Below are positions 30,110 to 40,738 of a DNA stretch of 64,000 nucleotides, in pieces (within the stretch, counting starts at the first letter, position 1; each line of letters starts with the position of its first letter). Made by a program: the position numbers and the translations under genes. Origin of the DNA: Bacillota bacterium (GTDB lineage: Bacteria; Bacillota; DTU025); NCBI GenBank assembly GCA_050951805.1, contig JBMNJT010000008.1, positions 320,001 through 384,000 on the forward strand. The letters run 5' to 3'. The notes beneath the pieces were generated by a model that did no database searches, had not been told where the DNA came from, and saw nothing but the letters and a program-made list of their open reading frames with translations.

Positions 30110-31974
30110 TCGCAGAGGCAAATGTGGAGAAAAACGAACGGAGCGGTGTAGCCGGAGTGCGACAAGGCATTAGGCTTTTGGGGAGGCTCGATGATACGCT
30201 GGCCAGAACTTCCGTGATCCTGGGGATTTTCGAGGCGGCGGTTCCTCTTGTGGCGGTGTACATGGGGAAAAGGGTCATAGAAACGCTTTCCTCAGGCACG
30301 GGCGAAGTCATGAGGGTCGTGTTGTGGGCCATCTTTCTCAATCTCGGGCTTACCCTCGTATCCAAATGGCTGCAGGTGCAGTTCAGCTACGGTCAGGCGG
30401 AGATGTGGCGCAAGAAGGATATTGCCGTCAACAACAAGCTGATGGAAGTCGACTACGAAGCGGTGGAGGATCCGCGCATCCACGAAAAGCTGGCATGGCT
30501 GCAGCAAACAGAGAAAATGTTGGATCGCGGGGTGCCCGCCCAGGCCGATTACCTGAAAAACATGGCAAGAGGGACTTTTACCCTGGTGGCAGGACTCGTC
30601 ATGTCCCTTGGAGTTTTCTCTGTTCCCCTGCCGGGTACCGACATGCCCCTCTTCTTGCAGAACACCTTGTTTCTTGCTTTGATAATCGCTTTGCAGCTCT
30701 ACTCTCTGTGGGCTGGGGCGCGCAATGCGCGGGGGATAAATGAGATATCAGAGTCGGTGACGCTTCCCATGAATATGCTGTTCAGCGCTTACTGGCCGCA
30801 CTGGCAGGAATATTCCTATGGCAAAGACACCAGGCTCTACACTGGGAAAGCGCTGAACAACGCTCTTCGGCAGATGCCTGCGGTGTTTGATCGGATATAC
30901 GACGCTTTTATGGGTAAGTACACAAGCATTGGTGTAAGAACCGTGGCAAACGACATACTCACTATGGGGTTGGTCTATGGCTTCGTCGGCGTCAAGGCGT
31001 ATTACGGCCTCATTACTCCGCCGGACATCGTGCTCTACGCCGGCACGGTGACTTTGATGATGTCAGGGCTTACGAATCTTGCCCAGAATTACAGCAAAGC
31101 TGTGAGGAACATACCGTACCTGACGGTTCTTGGCGATTTTCTGGACATCGAAAGCGAGCGGTATCAAGGCACGCTTCCTGTAGAGAAGCGGGATGATAAC
31201 GATTACGTGTTTGAAGTCAAGAACGTGAGCTTCAAGTATCCTGGTTCTGACAAGTATGCGCTCAAGGACGTGAACCTCAAGCTCAGTGTGGGCGAAAAGC
31301 TGGCCGTGGTGGGCATGAACGGCAGCGGCAAGACCACGCTAATAAAGCTGCTCACCAGGTTTTACGACCCAACGGAAGGGGAAATCACGCTCAACGGGGT
31401 AGATATCCGAAAGTTCAACTACGATGAATATCTAGAGCTGTTTTCCGTGGTGTTCCAGGATTTGAAGCTGTTTTCTTTCGACATAGCTCAGAACGTTGCC
31501 GCCGGAATATCACCTGACGAAGAGCGGGTGACAGAGGCTTTGCATATGGCGGGGTTCGATGAGAGACTGGCAGAGATGCCCGAAGGGATACACACTTACC
31601 TTTACAAGAATTTTGCCGAAAGCGGCGTGGAAATCTCCGGAGGCGAGGCGCAGAAGATAGCCATGGCGCGCGCTTTATACAAAGATGCGCCTTTCGTAAT
31701 ACTGGACGAACCCACCGCGGCGCTTGACCCTATATCCGAATTCGAGATATATACCAACTTCGACAACATGGTGCGGGGCAGGACTGCGGTCTACATCTCT
31801 CACAGGCTTTCGTCGTGCAGGTTCTGCGACGATATCGCGGTGTTTGACGAGGGCCGTATGGTGCAGAGGGGCAGTCACGACGAGCTTCTGCGGGATACCG
31901 GCGGCAAGTACTACGAGCTTTGGAACGCCCAGGCCCAATACTACAAACAGGAGGAGATAGACGCTTTGCTGTAG
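30106..31974 (+). CDS. ABC exporter, fused permease/ATPase (heterodimer partner)
   Basis: 'GMNGSGKTT', 'ISGGEAQK', 'LDEPTAALDP'; ATGA overlap with previous gene. Confidence 0.93.
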   Translation: MIAEANVEKNERSGVAGVRQGIRLLGRLDDTLARTSVILGIFEAAVPLVAVYMGKRVIETLSSGTGEVMRVVLWAIFLNLGLTLVSKWLQVQFSYGQAEMWRKKDIAVNNKLMEVDYEAVEDPRIHEKLAWLQQTEKMLDRGVPAQADYLKNMARGTFTLVAGLVMSLGVFSVPLPGTDMPLFLQNTLFLALIIALQLYSLWAGARNARGINEISESVTLPMNMLFSAYWPHWQEYSYGKDTRLYTGKALNNALRQMPAVFDRIYDAFMGKYTSIGVRTVANDILTMGLVYGFVGVKAYYGLITPPDIVLYAGTVTLMMSGLTNLAQNYSKAVRNIPYLTVLGDFLDIESERYQGTLPVEKRDDNDYVFEVKNVSFKYPGSDKYALKDVNLKLSVGEKLAVVGMNGSGKTTLIKLLTRFYDPTEGEITLNGVDIRKFNYDEYLELFSVVFQDLKLFSFDIAQNVAAGISPDEERVTEALHMAGFDERLAEMPEGIHTYLYKNFAESGVEISGGEAQKIAMARALYKDAPFVILDEPTAALDPISEFEIYTNFDNMVRGRTAVYISHRLSSCRFCDDIAVFDEGRMVQRGSHDELLRDTGGKYYELWNAQAQYYKQEEIDALL

Positions 31975-32026
31975 GCTTGCCTGCTCTGTGGTGCTATTTG
32001 CCTGCAATAGGTATTGACCTGAATGC

Positions 32027-32179
32027 CTTGAAGAGCTCATCTGCCTGTTCAATGAAGCTAGCAATGAGGAAGCCGGGGACCACTTCACCCCGTGTGAAGC
32101 AGTCAATCTGATGGTAGATACTCTTTTCCTGTCGGATGGCGATATCCTTTCAGTCAGAGGCATTGTCAATGCATTGTTT
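32027..32179 (+). pseudogene. hsdM: Fragment of type I R-M methylase
   Basis: Reads LEELICLFNEASNEEAGDHFTPCEAVNLMVDTLF, compare HsdM 'FEELIRKF.E.SNE.AGEHFTPREVI.LMV'. Confidence 0.7.
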
Positions 32180-32553
32180 CATTGCGATAGTGATTCTGCT
32201 ATGAATTCTGAGGGATGGTGGGATTATACAAGAGCTTATGGACTTGGATTGATTCGATCAAGTCCGAGATATGCTGTAAAAATGGTTCTAGGTCGTTGAA
32301 ACATGCCTATACAGATACGTGATCGAACCTGCCAGCGAATCCGATCCAATTCCTCGTCCTTGCTCCGTTGGACGCATTCGCTTGGTTTTCACTTTTTATC
32401 CAAGCCGAGTGAGTATTGTACTCTGGCTCGGCCTCGCGGCAAGTTATGCCCAAGGCCGTGATATTCTTCCATGGCTAAACCCTGCTTGCCTCTCAGCCTT
32501 CGCCGGAGTGGGCGGCGGCTAGCGGCTTGGATTATGACAAGAAGGGCTGAGCC

Positions 32554-33562
32554 TCAGGCAACGCGGAGGGCAGCTTCAGGCAAGGATTCTGCCTTGCCCG
32601 ATTCACAAGCCTGCTTCCACTGCCAATACTCCGCCATGTTCAGGTACCTACGACCAGTAGACCAATCCTCATCCTTTTCGATAAGCACAGCGCCAATCAA
32701 CCTCACAGCGGAGTCATCATTTGGGAATATCCTTATCACTCGTTCCCGCCTTCGGATCTCTTCGTTGAGCCTTTCTGCACAGTTGGTTGTTCGCAGCCTT
32801 TTGCGGAGACACTCTGGCAGGACCATTACGGCCATCGCATCGTCAAAGCCCTCTTCAAGTCTTTCAATTGCCTTGGGAGCCAGATCTCCGAAATCAGCAC
32901 GATCCCGTTAAGCAATTCTCTGGCCGTATTCATATCGGGCGCTTCAAACATGAGTCGGAGTCGGGAGTGAAGCTGATTCGTAAGCGCCTTGGGGCACGCA
33001 TCCAGGATGTTTTTGGTAAAATGAGTCTGGCAACGCTGCCATGATGCCCCCCTGAAATTCTATGGCCACAGCATTGACCAACCCACCGTGATCATCCGAG
33101 ACCACAAGATCCACGCCCGAAAGGCCCCTCGCTTTCAAGGCCCTGAAGAAATTGCGCCACGAGTTTTCCTTCTCACTATCTGCAAGCATGAACCCGAGAA
33201 TCTCACGCATGCCTTCAGAGTCTATGCCTACAGCAATCAACGCACTATGGTTCCAAACCCTACCTCCCTTACGTATCTTGAACACTATGGCATCAACTAT
33301 CAGAAATGGGTATGGCCCTTTATCGAGAGGACGTTCACGCCATTCACGAACCACAGGGTCTAGCGTTTTCACCATGTCTGAAACTGTCGATTTTGAGATC
33401 TCCACGCCACATAGCTCTTGAGTTATCTTTCGGATCTTGCGGGTAGACACCCCGTTTACTACCATTTCAACCAATGTAGTAATCAAGGCCTGTTCGCTGC
33501 GCTGGTAACGGTCGAAAAGATTCGTATTCAGCTTACCCTTTCTAAACTGAGGGATTCCAGAT
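32554..33562 (-). pseudogene. IS256-family transposase, frameshifted and 5'-truncated
   Basis: 'FDRYQRSEQAL', 'GVSTRK', 'YPFLIVDA', 'LVVSDDH.GL', 'LRTTNCAERLNEEIRRRERVIRIFP'. Confidence 0.9.
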
Positions 33563-35320
33563 GGTGTAACTTTAGAGTAGGACGGGGAGAGGGAACGGGT
33601 TAGCGACGAAGAAGAGAGACCACAAAGTCCTGGAAGACGTTCCTGAGCGGGACGTCGCGGTGAAGTAATCCACCATCCAGCGCCCAGAAAGGTGGTCTCT
33701 CTATGGATGAGTTTATTCGTCGTGTTATGGATGCATTCCTGCAAGGGGTAGAGGATGTTGTAGCCGCTTTGTGCAAGGGGATGTCTGCTCCGGAGGCGGA
33801 AATGATGATCAAGGAACGTTGCGACAACCTTGCGGTAGCAATGTATTCGGAATACCTGAAAGAAGTGGACAGGCAGGTGCGTAACGACTTAGAGAACCGT
33901 AAGGGCTGGGTTGTGAACAAAAGAAGAGACAGCCGTTCAATCTTGAGCATCATGGGAAACGTTGAATATGAACGAACTTACTACCACAACGAAGGGACAG
34001 GCGAGTACCGGCACTTGTCAGATGATGTATGCGGGATAACGCCCCATGCACGCATTACGCCACTCTTCAGAGCGAACCTTGTGGAGAACTCATGTGATAT
34101 GTCGTATGGAAAGGCGGGCGAACTCACGGGGAGGTGCGCAGTAAGCGATCAAACTGTTATGAATTCGCTGAAGAAGCTCAAATTGGATCTGCCGACAAGT
34201 AATGACGGTGCACCAGCCCAAGAGAAGCGGAAGGTTAAGAAGCTGTATATCGAGGCCGACGAAGATCATCTCAGCGGGAATAGGAATAAGCGAATGCGGT
34301 TAGAACCGAAGCTTGTATACGTTCATGAGGGCCGAAAGAGGGTTGGACGTGGCCGCACCGAGCTGGTGCACGCGAAATACTTTGGAGGAATGTACAAGGA
34401 CCCTGAGGAGCTCTGGTGGGAAGTATACTGGTACATAGAGCAGACTTATGATATCGACTCCATAGAGATAATCTTCGTCACTGGGGATGGAGCCAACTGG
34501 ATAACGTTTGGGGCCGAATTCATGGTGAATGGGGTGCGCTTGCCTGACCTGTTCCATCTACGCAAATACATTGTAGCTGCTTGTCATGGCGATAAAAAAC
34601 TGATGAGCAAGCTATGGAAGGCAGTAGATTCAGCAGAGCGCAGCAAAACCTTCGAGATTCTGGATGAAGCGGGATCCACCACGGTAACTAAGGGTCAGGC
34701 AAAATCCGTTGAGAGATGCCGCACTTACATATCGAACATGTGGGGCGCAATCGAAAACCGGCGGAGGTATTACCAGGAAGTAGTAGGTTGCAGTGCAGAA
34801 GGCCATGTAAGCCACATCTATTCGGATCGCATGTCCAGCCGCCCGATGTCATGGTCCGAGGAAGGGGCCAACATCATGGCCAAGCTGCGAGTGAAAAAGG
34901 CCAACGGCGAATCTGTAAGTGCCTGCGCCTTACCCAGCACAGCTCCCCGATTTGGGAGCATTAAGATCGACCAGGGTAAAGCTCAACAGCTATGCTCGGA
35001 GGCAAAGACTATGGTTAGAACTAGCGGGAAGTGTCTGTGCAACCAGTTGGGCAATGTGCCAGTCCTAAAGGGCAACGCCAGCTTTACTGCGCGGGTATTC
35101 AGGGAACTTCGGGATTCTATAGCCATATGATATGGGTCCGTTGTTGACGGCCATTGTGATTTTCCCGAGGGGGAATACGCTACTTCGCATCACCCATATG
35201 CAACCAGTATCAAACAATAGCGCTGGATAAACCAAGCTTATATGGTTTTAACGACAGAGTCGGCATACCGGGATTAGCCAATGGTCTCTTAGCTGTTCTT
35301 TCCTACAGTAGGTTGACGCC
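33563..35320 (+). mobile_element. ISLre2-family insertion sequence
   Basis: Imperfect IRs GGTGTAACTTTAGAGTAGGA / TCCTACAGTAGGTTGACGCC; no matching TSD. Confidence 0.75.
33703..35130 (+). CDS. ISLre2 (UPF0236) transposase, apparently intact
   Basis: 'LYIEADEDH', 'GDGANWI', 'DLFHL', 'GCSAEGHVSHIYSDRMSSRPMSWS'. Confidence 0.9.
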   Translation: MDEFIRRVMDAFLQGVEDVVAALCKGMSAPEAEMMIKERCDNLAVAMYSEYLKEVDRQVRNDLENRKGWVVNKRRDSRSILSIMGNVEYERTYYHNEGTGEYRHLSDDVCGITPHARITPLFRANLVENSCDMSYGKAGELTGRCAVSDQTVMNSLKKLKLDLPTSNDGAPAQEKRKVKKLYIEADEDHLSGNRNKRMRLEPKLVYVHEGRKRVGRGRTELVHAKYFGGMYKDPEELWWEVYWYIEQTYDIDSIEIIFVTGDGANWITFGAEFMVNGVRLPDLFHLRKYIVAACHGDKKLMSKLWKAVDSAERSKTFEILDEAGSTTVTKGQAKSVERCRTYISNMWGAIENRRRYYQEVVGCSAEGHVSHIYSDRMSSRPMSWSEEGANIMAKLRVKKANGESVSACALPSTAPRFGSIKIDQGKAQQLCSEAKTMVRTSGKCLCNQLGNVPVLKGNASFTARVFRELRDSIAI

Positions 35321-35681
35321 GTCCGGTCATGTGAAGGTGCTACTCTTCACCTGTAACGCACGCGCGCATGCAGTATGGGATATGTCTGCCGTAAGCGTCA
35401 AATGGCAACTACATGGCCACCGACTTCAGAGTCAGGGGAGTAAGTGGCGCGCGGCGGCGCTCGGAGTGTGGTCTGAAGCCCGGCGTCGAAAAGCCGGCCA
35501 CCCCGAAAATCCAGTCCCATGTGCCGATGGGTGAACATCACATCGGTTACACTACTACAGGGATTCTTTAAGGTGGCCACGATTGAGTCTATCCCATATG
35601 GCTACTGGCGTCGCCCTATTCGATTCTGGCTGCTCTTATCTTAGACGCCACAATATGGTGGTTTGCAGATCGGTTTGCAAA

Positions 35682-35709
35682 ACAAAAAGACCTGCCCATT
35701 GGCAGGTCT
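35682..35709 (-). terminator. Terminator downstream of tRNA-Arg
   Basis: AGACCTGCC-CATT-GGCAGGTCT preceded by an A-run (U-tract on minus strand). Confidence 0.75.
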
Positions 35710-35748
35710 ACCCAGTTACCTAAACCCCAGTCCATCAAGGGTTTGATA

Positions 35749-35824
35749 TGGCGCGCCTGGCAGGAATCGAACCTGCGGCCCACGGATTAGAAGTCCGTTG
35801 CTCTATCCCCTGAGCTACAGGCGC
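35749..35824 (-). tRNA. tRNA-Arg(TCT)
   Basis: GCGCCTG acceptor stem, anticodon loop CT-TCT-AA, GGTTCGATTCC, encoded CCA. Confidence 0.97.
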
Positions 35825-36133
35825 GCAAGACATGTTGCCGGATACCACATCCAGCAGAAAACATTATAACACCGCGTCGAGTTCAAGTCAAAACCGGATC
35901 CACCCCAAATGGCTCGCCGCTCAACTGCCGTTTTCCTTAATTGGAAGCACTAGAGGTTATAGCACGGCAGCGATAAACCCAAACGCAATGAGTTGCAGCA
36001 TGATCAAGGAAAACTAATAAAACACAGCACAATTATGTCCTGCATAACTATACGCTTGCATTGTATGATGATGCGATATATAATGGTCGGCATAACCATT
36101 CATCACACATACTGAAAGGGGATTCGATCTAGG

Positions 36134-37816
36134 ATGTCGCATCAAACCAAAAAAGCGTTAACTACATGCTTTGTATCAGTTTGTCTCGTCCTTTGCCTTG
36201 CATTTGGCCTTCTAGTGCCTATGCCAACCATGGCTGCAGATGAGCAAGGCGGAGATGTTATGGCAACGGCGATCAAATTCGCGGAAGACCATGCTGATCT
36301 TACTGAGGAAATCGCCAGTGCACTGTGGGGGTACGCCGAGATAGGGCTTGCGGAGTACAAGTCGTATGTCAAGGCCCGAAGTGTTCTGGCGGAAGCCGGA
36401 TTTGAGATCATCGATTCAGCTGCGGATATCCCGACGTGCCTAGTTGCCCAATGGGGCTCAGGCAATCCTGTAATCGGTATCTATGAGGATATTGATGCTC
36501 TGCCAGGCGTTGGCCATGGATGCGGACACAACCTGAACACCGCAGCCGGTATCGTGGCGGCTATGGCTATGAAGCATGCCATGGAGACACACGACATACA
36601 GGGCACGATAAAGGTGTTTATCAACCCCGCAGAGGAAGTATGGGATGTTGCTCCCCTCGTTGCCGCTGCAGGATACTATGATGACGTCGACGCGTTGATC
36701 AGTTTTCACGCAGGAACAGAAAATACGTCTGAGTACGGAAGTACGATGGCTATGGACCATGTGGAATACAAATTCAAGGGGCAGCCTGCTCATGCTGCTG
36801 CTGCTCCTGAGAAAGGCATCAGCGCTCTCGATGCCGTGGAGATAATGAACGTGGCAGTCAATTACCTCAGAGAACACCTGATTCAGGAGATGAGGATACA
36901 TTACGTCATAACAGATGGTGGCGCCGCTCCCAATATAGTGCCTGCCACTGCCGCCAGCCGCTACTTCATCCGTGGGCCCGAATATCCTGACGTGGCTCAC
37001 GCTCGGCAGCGCATAGACGATTGCGCGAAAGCGGCCGCTCTTGCCACAGGCGCCCAGCTCGAGATAGGATTTAGTTCAGGCATATACAACAAGGTTCCCA
37101 ACAAGACCTTAGCCCTCAAGGCCATAGATGCGATAGACTTCGTAGGGACGCCTAAGTTCAATGAGGACGACATAGCTAAGATGGCAGCCCTCGGCATCGC
37201 CGGCGTGCCATCCGGCGCTATCACGGAGCCTACAGGAAGTCAGAGTTTCGGTTCTGATCCAATAGGCGACGTAACTTGGAAGACTCCTGCCACTACCATA
37301 GGGATTGCTACGTGGGTTCCGGGAACTGCAGGCCACTCGGTGGAGGCGGCTCTGCAGAGTGGATCGGTTTATGGTTTCAAGGGAGCAGCAGCTGCATCCA
37401 AAGCCCTTGCAGTCCTGGGACTGGAACTGATGACGAACCCGGATTCACTGGCTGCCATCGTTGCGGAATACGAGGATAGGATGAAGGACATGCCCCCATA
37501 CGAGGGCAAGGCAATGATACCGGAAGTAGCTTATCCGGAGGCGCCTGGAGTTGTGGTATCAGCTTCAAAGGGCTGTGTACTGCTGACATCTGCTGAAACA
37601 GCGTTCGAAGAAGCCGAAGGTGACGTCATAGCAGTCAAGTCGGCTTCCGGAGAAGTGTTTGGCGAGTTTCTCGTTGGGGCCAAACCCCTGGACGCAGCAG
37701 CCGAGTATTCCTTTGCTCTCAGCGGAAAGATCGAGCCTGGCCAGAGGCTGAAGATCTTTTATACTGCAGCCGGAACCAACAGCACATGGTTCTACGGCTA
37801 TGTTCACGCAGAATAA
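36134..37816 (+). CDS. M20 amidohydrolase (AbgB-like) with signal peptide and C-terminal extension
   Basis: 'DIDALPGVGHGCGHN', 'PAEE', 'GQPAHAAAAPEKGISALDAVE', 'GGAAPNIVP'. Confidence 0.88.
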   Translation: MSHQTKKALTTCFVSVCLVLCLAFGLLVPMPTMAADEQGGDVMATAIKFAEDHADLTEEIASALWGYAEIGLAEYKSYVKARSVLAEAGFEIIDSAADIPTCLVAQWGSGNPVIGIYEDIDALPGVGHGCGHNLNTAAGIVAAMAMKHAMETHDIQGTIKVFINPAEEVWDVAPLVAAAGYYDDVDALISFHAGTENTSEYGSTMAMDHVEYKFKGQPAHAAAAPEKGISALDAVEIMNVAVNYLREHLIQEMRIHYVITDGGAAPNIVPATAASRYFIRGPEYPDVAHARQRIDDCAKAAALATGAQLEIGFSSGIYNKVPNKTLALKAIDAIDFVGTPKFNEDDIAKMAALGIAGVPSGAITEPTGSQSFGSDPIGDVTWKTPATTIGIATWVPGTAGHSVEAALQSGSVYGFKGAAAASKALAVLGLELMTNPDSLAAIVAEYEDRMKDMPPYEGKAMIPEVAYPEAPGVVVSASKGCVLLTSAETAFEEAEGDVIAVKSASGEVFGEFLVGAKPLDAAAEYSFALSGKIEPGQRLKIFYTAAGTNSTWFYGYVHAE

Positions 37817-37857
37817 GCTGACACAGGCCTAAGACGATGGTCGTCGCCTACACCAAA

Positions 37858-37901
37858 AAGGCGGCAGCTGACTGGCTCCCAAGTTGTTCAGCTGCCGCCT
37901 T
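37858..37901. terminator. Bidirectional terminator hairpin
   Basis: AAGGCGGCAGCTGA / TCAGCTGCCGCCTT between convergent genes. Confidence 0.75.
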
Positions 37902-37995
37902 ATCAACAGACTGCGAGTGCGTATGGGTTAAAAACCACCGCACACGCCTATACGCAGTCTACATGTGCGGGCAGTTTTTGCTATGCTTTCCCTGA

Positions 37996-39843
37996 CTAAG
38001 ATTGAACTTGAAAAACGGCTGCCCCCATACCTGGCAGGCCAACCACATGCCGGCCACAATTCTCGCCTACCGCCGACATCGATGCCTGCGTATTGTCGGA
38101 TCTGCCTTGACCAGTATTGTCGCCGTGCAGGCTGAAGATTTGCTTCATCGGCATGCCGGCCCACTGCTCTAGTTCGTGTGTCTTTCTCATGCGCTCTGCG
38201 ACAAGCTTCGTATTTACCGTCTGAGGCTCTTCTGTGTTGTTGAGCGCGACGACGATGCACGCGTCATCATCCCATCTAGCATAGACGTAAGGACTGTCCG
38301 GCCCGTCTGCAATGAGTGATGCGAAGTCTCCACGCCTGAGGACCGGATGTTCGGCTCGGAGCCGGGCTAGGGCCCGATGATGCTCGAGGAGATCGAGGTC
38401 CCATAAGTCTTCCTCCCAAGGCATGCATTTTCTGCAGTCCGGATCCTCTCCGCCTTTGAGCCCGATTTCATCCCCATAGTAGATGTAGGGAGTTCCTGTA
38501 TACGTGAACTGGAACGTGGTAGCCAGCATCAGCCTCGCAGTATCTCCCCGGCATGCGGTGAGGAACCGCTGTCGATCGTGGGACCCCAGAAGGTTCCACA
38601 TGGCATACTGTGTTTGTCTGCGGTAGTGCATGGCTGTGGCGGTTATGCCGTCTGCAAAATCGGCAGTCCCGATTCGTCGGCGGGCGAAGTAATCGAGACA
38701 CAGCTCTCTCCAGGGGTAGTTCATGACCGAGTCCATCTGGTCCCCGCGGAGAAATGGCGAGGCATCATGGAGGATTTCGCCCACTATTAGGATGTCGGGC
38801 TTTATTTGCCGCATCCGCGTCCTGAACTCGCGCCAGAACCCCTGGTCTACATCGTCCGCCACATCAAGCCGCCAACCGTCGATGTCGAGTGTGCGCGTCC
38901 AGTGCTCAGCCGCTGAGATGAGGTAATCGCGGACTTCGGGATTGTCGGTCCGGAATTTCGGCATCTGCCATATCCCGGGACCAAATGTTTCGTAGTTCGG
39001 CTTTGGACGTGTGCGCACCGGATAGCCGTGGATATTGAACCACTTCCAGTATGGCGAGGCGTCGCCTTTTTTTACCACGTCGCGAAATGCGAAAAAGTCG
39101 TAGCCGGAGTGGTTGAAGACAGCATCAAGAACGACGCGGATTCCCCGGGCGTGGCACTGATCCACAAGATGTCGCGCCGTATCCTCGTTTCCGAAATGCG
39201 GATCGATGTGATAATAGTCAATGGTGTCGTACTTGTGATTCGACGACGAAAGGAAGATAGGGGTGAGGTAGAGGCACGACACCCCCAAAGAGGATATGTA
39301 GTCGAGCTTTTCGATGATTCCAGCCAGGTCTCCCCCGGAAAAGGAGCGCGGTGTGGGCAGCGTTCCCCATCTGGATACTCCGGGCGGGTCATTTGCCCGG
39401 TCGCCATTGGCGAATCTATCCACAAAGATCTGATACACCACTGCGTCCTGAGCCCACTTCGGGGGATCATCCATGCCTCCATGATACCAGATGCACGGGT
39501 ATTGGAAACACCATGTCCATGGCTCGTCCTGTGGCGGTTCGTCCGAAAAACCGCCTTCACCGTAGCAGATGCGTTTTTCATCATCTTGAAGCTCGAAATA
39601 GTACATGAAGCGCCCATATTGAAGCTTCATGCTTCCTCTCCAGTAATCGAAGAGTCCATCAGATCCTGCGATCCAGAGACGAGTACTGCTAGTGCGGGCA
39701 TGTGGCGTGTATCTGTCGGTGTATACTGCCTCAACTCGCCGCAGATCGCCTCTGGCTGCACGGAGCACGATTTCAAGCCGGTCATCACTGATTGGATATG
39801 CCATTGCATCGTAAGGCACATGCCATATTGCGTGTTTCTGCAA
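37996..39843 (-). CDS. GH13 neopullulanase/cyclomaltodextrinase
   Basis: 'YQIFVDRF', 'HKYDTIDY', 'LDAVFNH', 'GWRLDVA', 'GEI', 'LGSHD', 'YYGDEIG'. Confidence 0.93.
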   Translation of the reverse strand: MQKHAIWHVPYDAMAYPISDDRLEIVLRAARGDLRRVEAVYTDRYTPHARTSSTRLWIAGSDGLFDYWRGSMKLQYGRFMYYFELQDDEKRICYGEGGFSDEPPQDEPWTWCFQYPCIWYHGGMDDPPKWAQDAVVYQIFVDRFANGDRANDPPGVSRWGTLPTPRSFSGGDLAGIIEKLDYISSLGVSCLYLTPIFLSSSNHKYDTIDYYHIDPHFGNEDTARHLVDQCHARGIRVVLDAVFNHSGYDFFAFRDVVKKGDASPYWKWFNIHGYPVRTRPKPNYETFGPGIWQMPKFRTDNPEVRDYLISAAEHWTRTLDIDGWRLDVADDVDQGFWREFRTRMRQIKPDILIVGEILHDASPFLRGDQMDSVMNYPWRELCLDYFARRRIGTADFADGITATAMHYRRQTQYAMWNLLGSHDRQRFLTACRGDTARLMLATTFQFTYTGTPYIYYGDEIGLKGGEDPDCRKCMPWEEDLWDLDLLEHHRALARLRAEHPVLRRGDFASLIADGPDSPYVYARWDDDACIVVALNNTEEPQTVNTKLVAERMRKTHELEQWAGMPMKQIFSLHGDNTGQGRSDNTQASMSAVGENCGRHVVGLPGMGAAVFQVQS

Positions 39844-39880
39844 CCTTTAGTATCCCTCGTTTCTTGGTGTTTGCAATTGA

Positions 39881-40738
39881 TTATTCCTTGACCGCGCCGC
39901 GCGTCAGCCCCGATACCAGCTCGTTTTGGAGAAGCGCAAAGAGCGTAAGGATTGGAGCAGAACCTATGATTGCGGCAGCGGAAAACACCCCCCACCTTTT
40001 TGCATACTGATCGCCAATGAACGATTGGAGTCCTACTGCCAGCGTAAGGACGTCGTTTGACGACAACAGGACCTTTGCCAGGACATACTCTGAATAGGTC
40101 CCAATGAACTGGAGGAAGAAGATAACCACAAGAATAGGGCGGGACAGCGGCAGTATTACCTTGTAGAAACATTGGAACCGTGTTGCCCCGTCTATTGTCG
40201 CCGCTTCCTCCAGCGACGTGGGTATGGTGTCGAAGTAGCCTTTCATCAGCCACACGTTAACCCCCATGGCGCCGCCCAAATACACCAGAATGAGCCCTCC
40301 ATGGGTATTGAGGCCGAACGTCGGAAAATGCTCGCCGATCCAGAGCAGGAGTAAGTAGATAGCGACCATCGCTAGCATCTGCGGAAACATCTGAATCAGC
40401 AGGATCGAGAAGAGCCCGGTCTTTCTCCCGCGGAAACGAAATCGGGAGAAGGAATAGGCGGCCAACGACGTCATGATGACCACCAGGGCCGACGTGATAA
40501 ATGAGACCTTTAAAGTGTTTAGCATCCACCGTCCGAACGGGTGAGTGGGGTCATTAAATAGCTTTCTATAGTTCTCCAGTGATGGATTGCTCGGTATAAG
40601 CTTCTGCCCGATTATGGTGTTTGAAGGGTCGAACGAAGCCGATATTATCCAAAGCACCGGCAGAATGGCGAATGCTATGCACAGCCATATGACTATGTGG
40701 CGCCACAAGTAGGCCGGTTCTAAGAACCCCTTATACAT
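39881..40738 (-). CDS. malG: Maltodextrin ABC permease
   Basis: 'AAYSFSRFRFRGRK', 'QMFPQ', 'MKGYFDTIP.SLEEAATIDGA'. Confidence 0.92.
   Translation of the reverse strand: MYKGFLEPAYLWRHIVIWLCIAFAILPVLWIISASFDPSNTIIGQKLIPSNPSLENYRKLFNDPTHPFGRWMLNTLKVSFITSALVVIMTSLAAYSFSRFRFRGRKTGLFSILLIQMFPQMLAMVAIYLLLLWIGEHFPTFGLNTHGGLILVYLGGAMGVNVWLMKGYFDTIPTSLEEAATIDGATRFQCFYKVILPLSRPILVVIFFLQFIGTYSEYVLAKVLLSSNDVLTLAVGLQSFIGDQYAKRWGVFSAAAIIGSAPILTLFALLQNELVSGLTRGAVKE

Larger units (their letters stand above)
25125..35748. mobile_element. Decayed genomic island at tRNA-Arg(TCT)
   Basis: Bounded by the tRNA and its 3' duplicate; contains IS elements and pseudogenes; no integrase seen. Confidence 0.65.
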
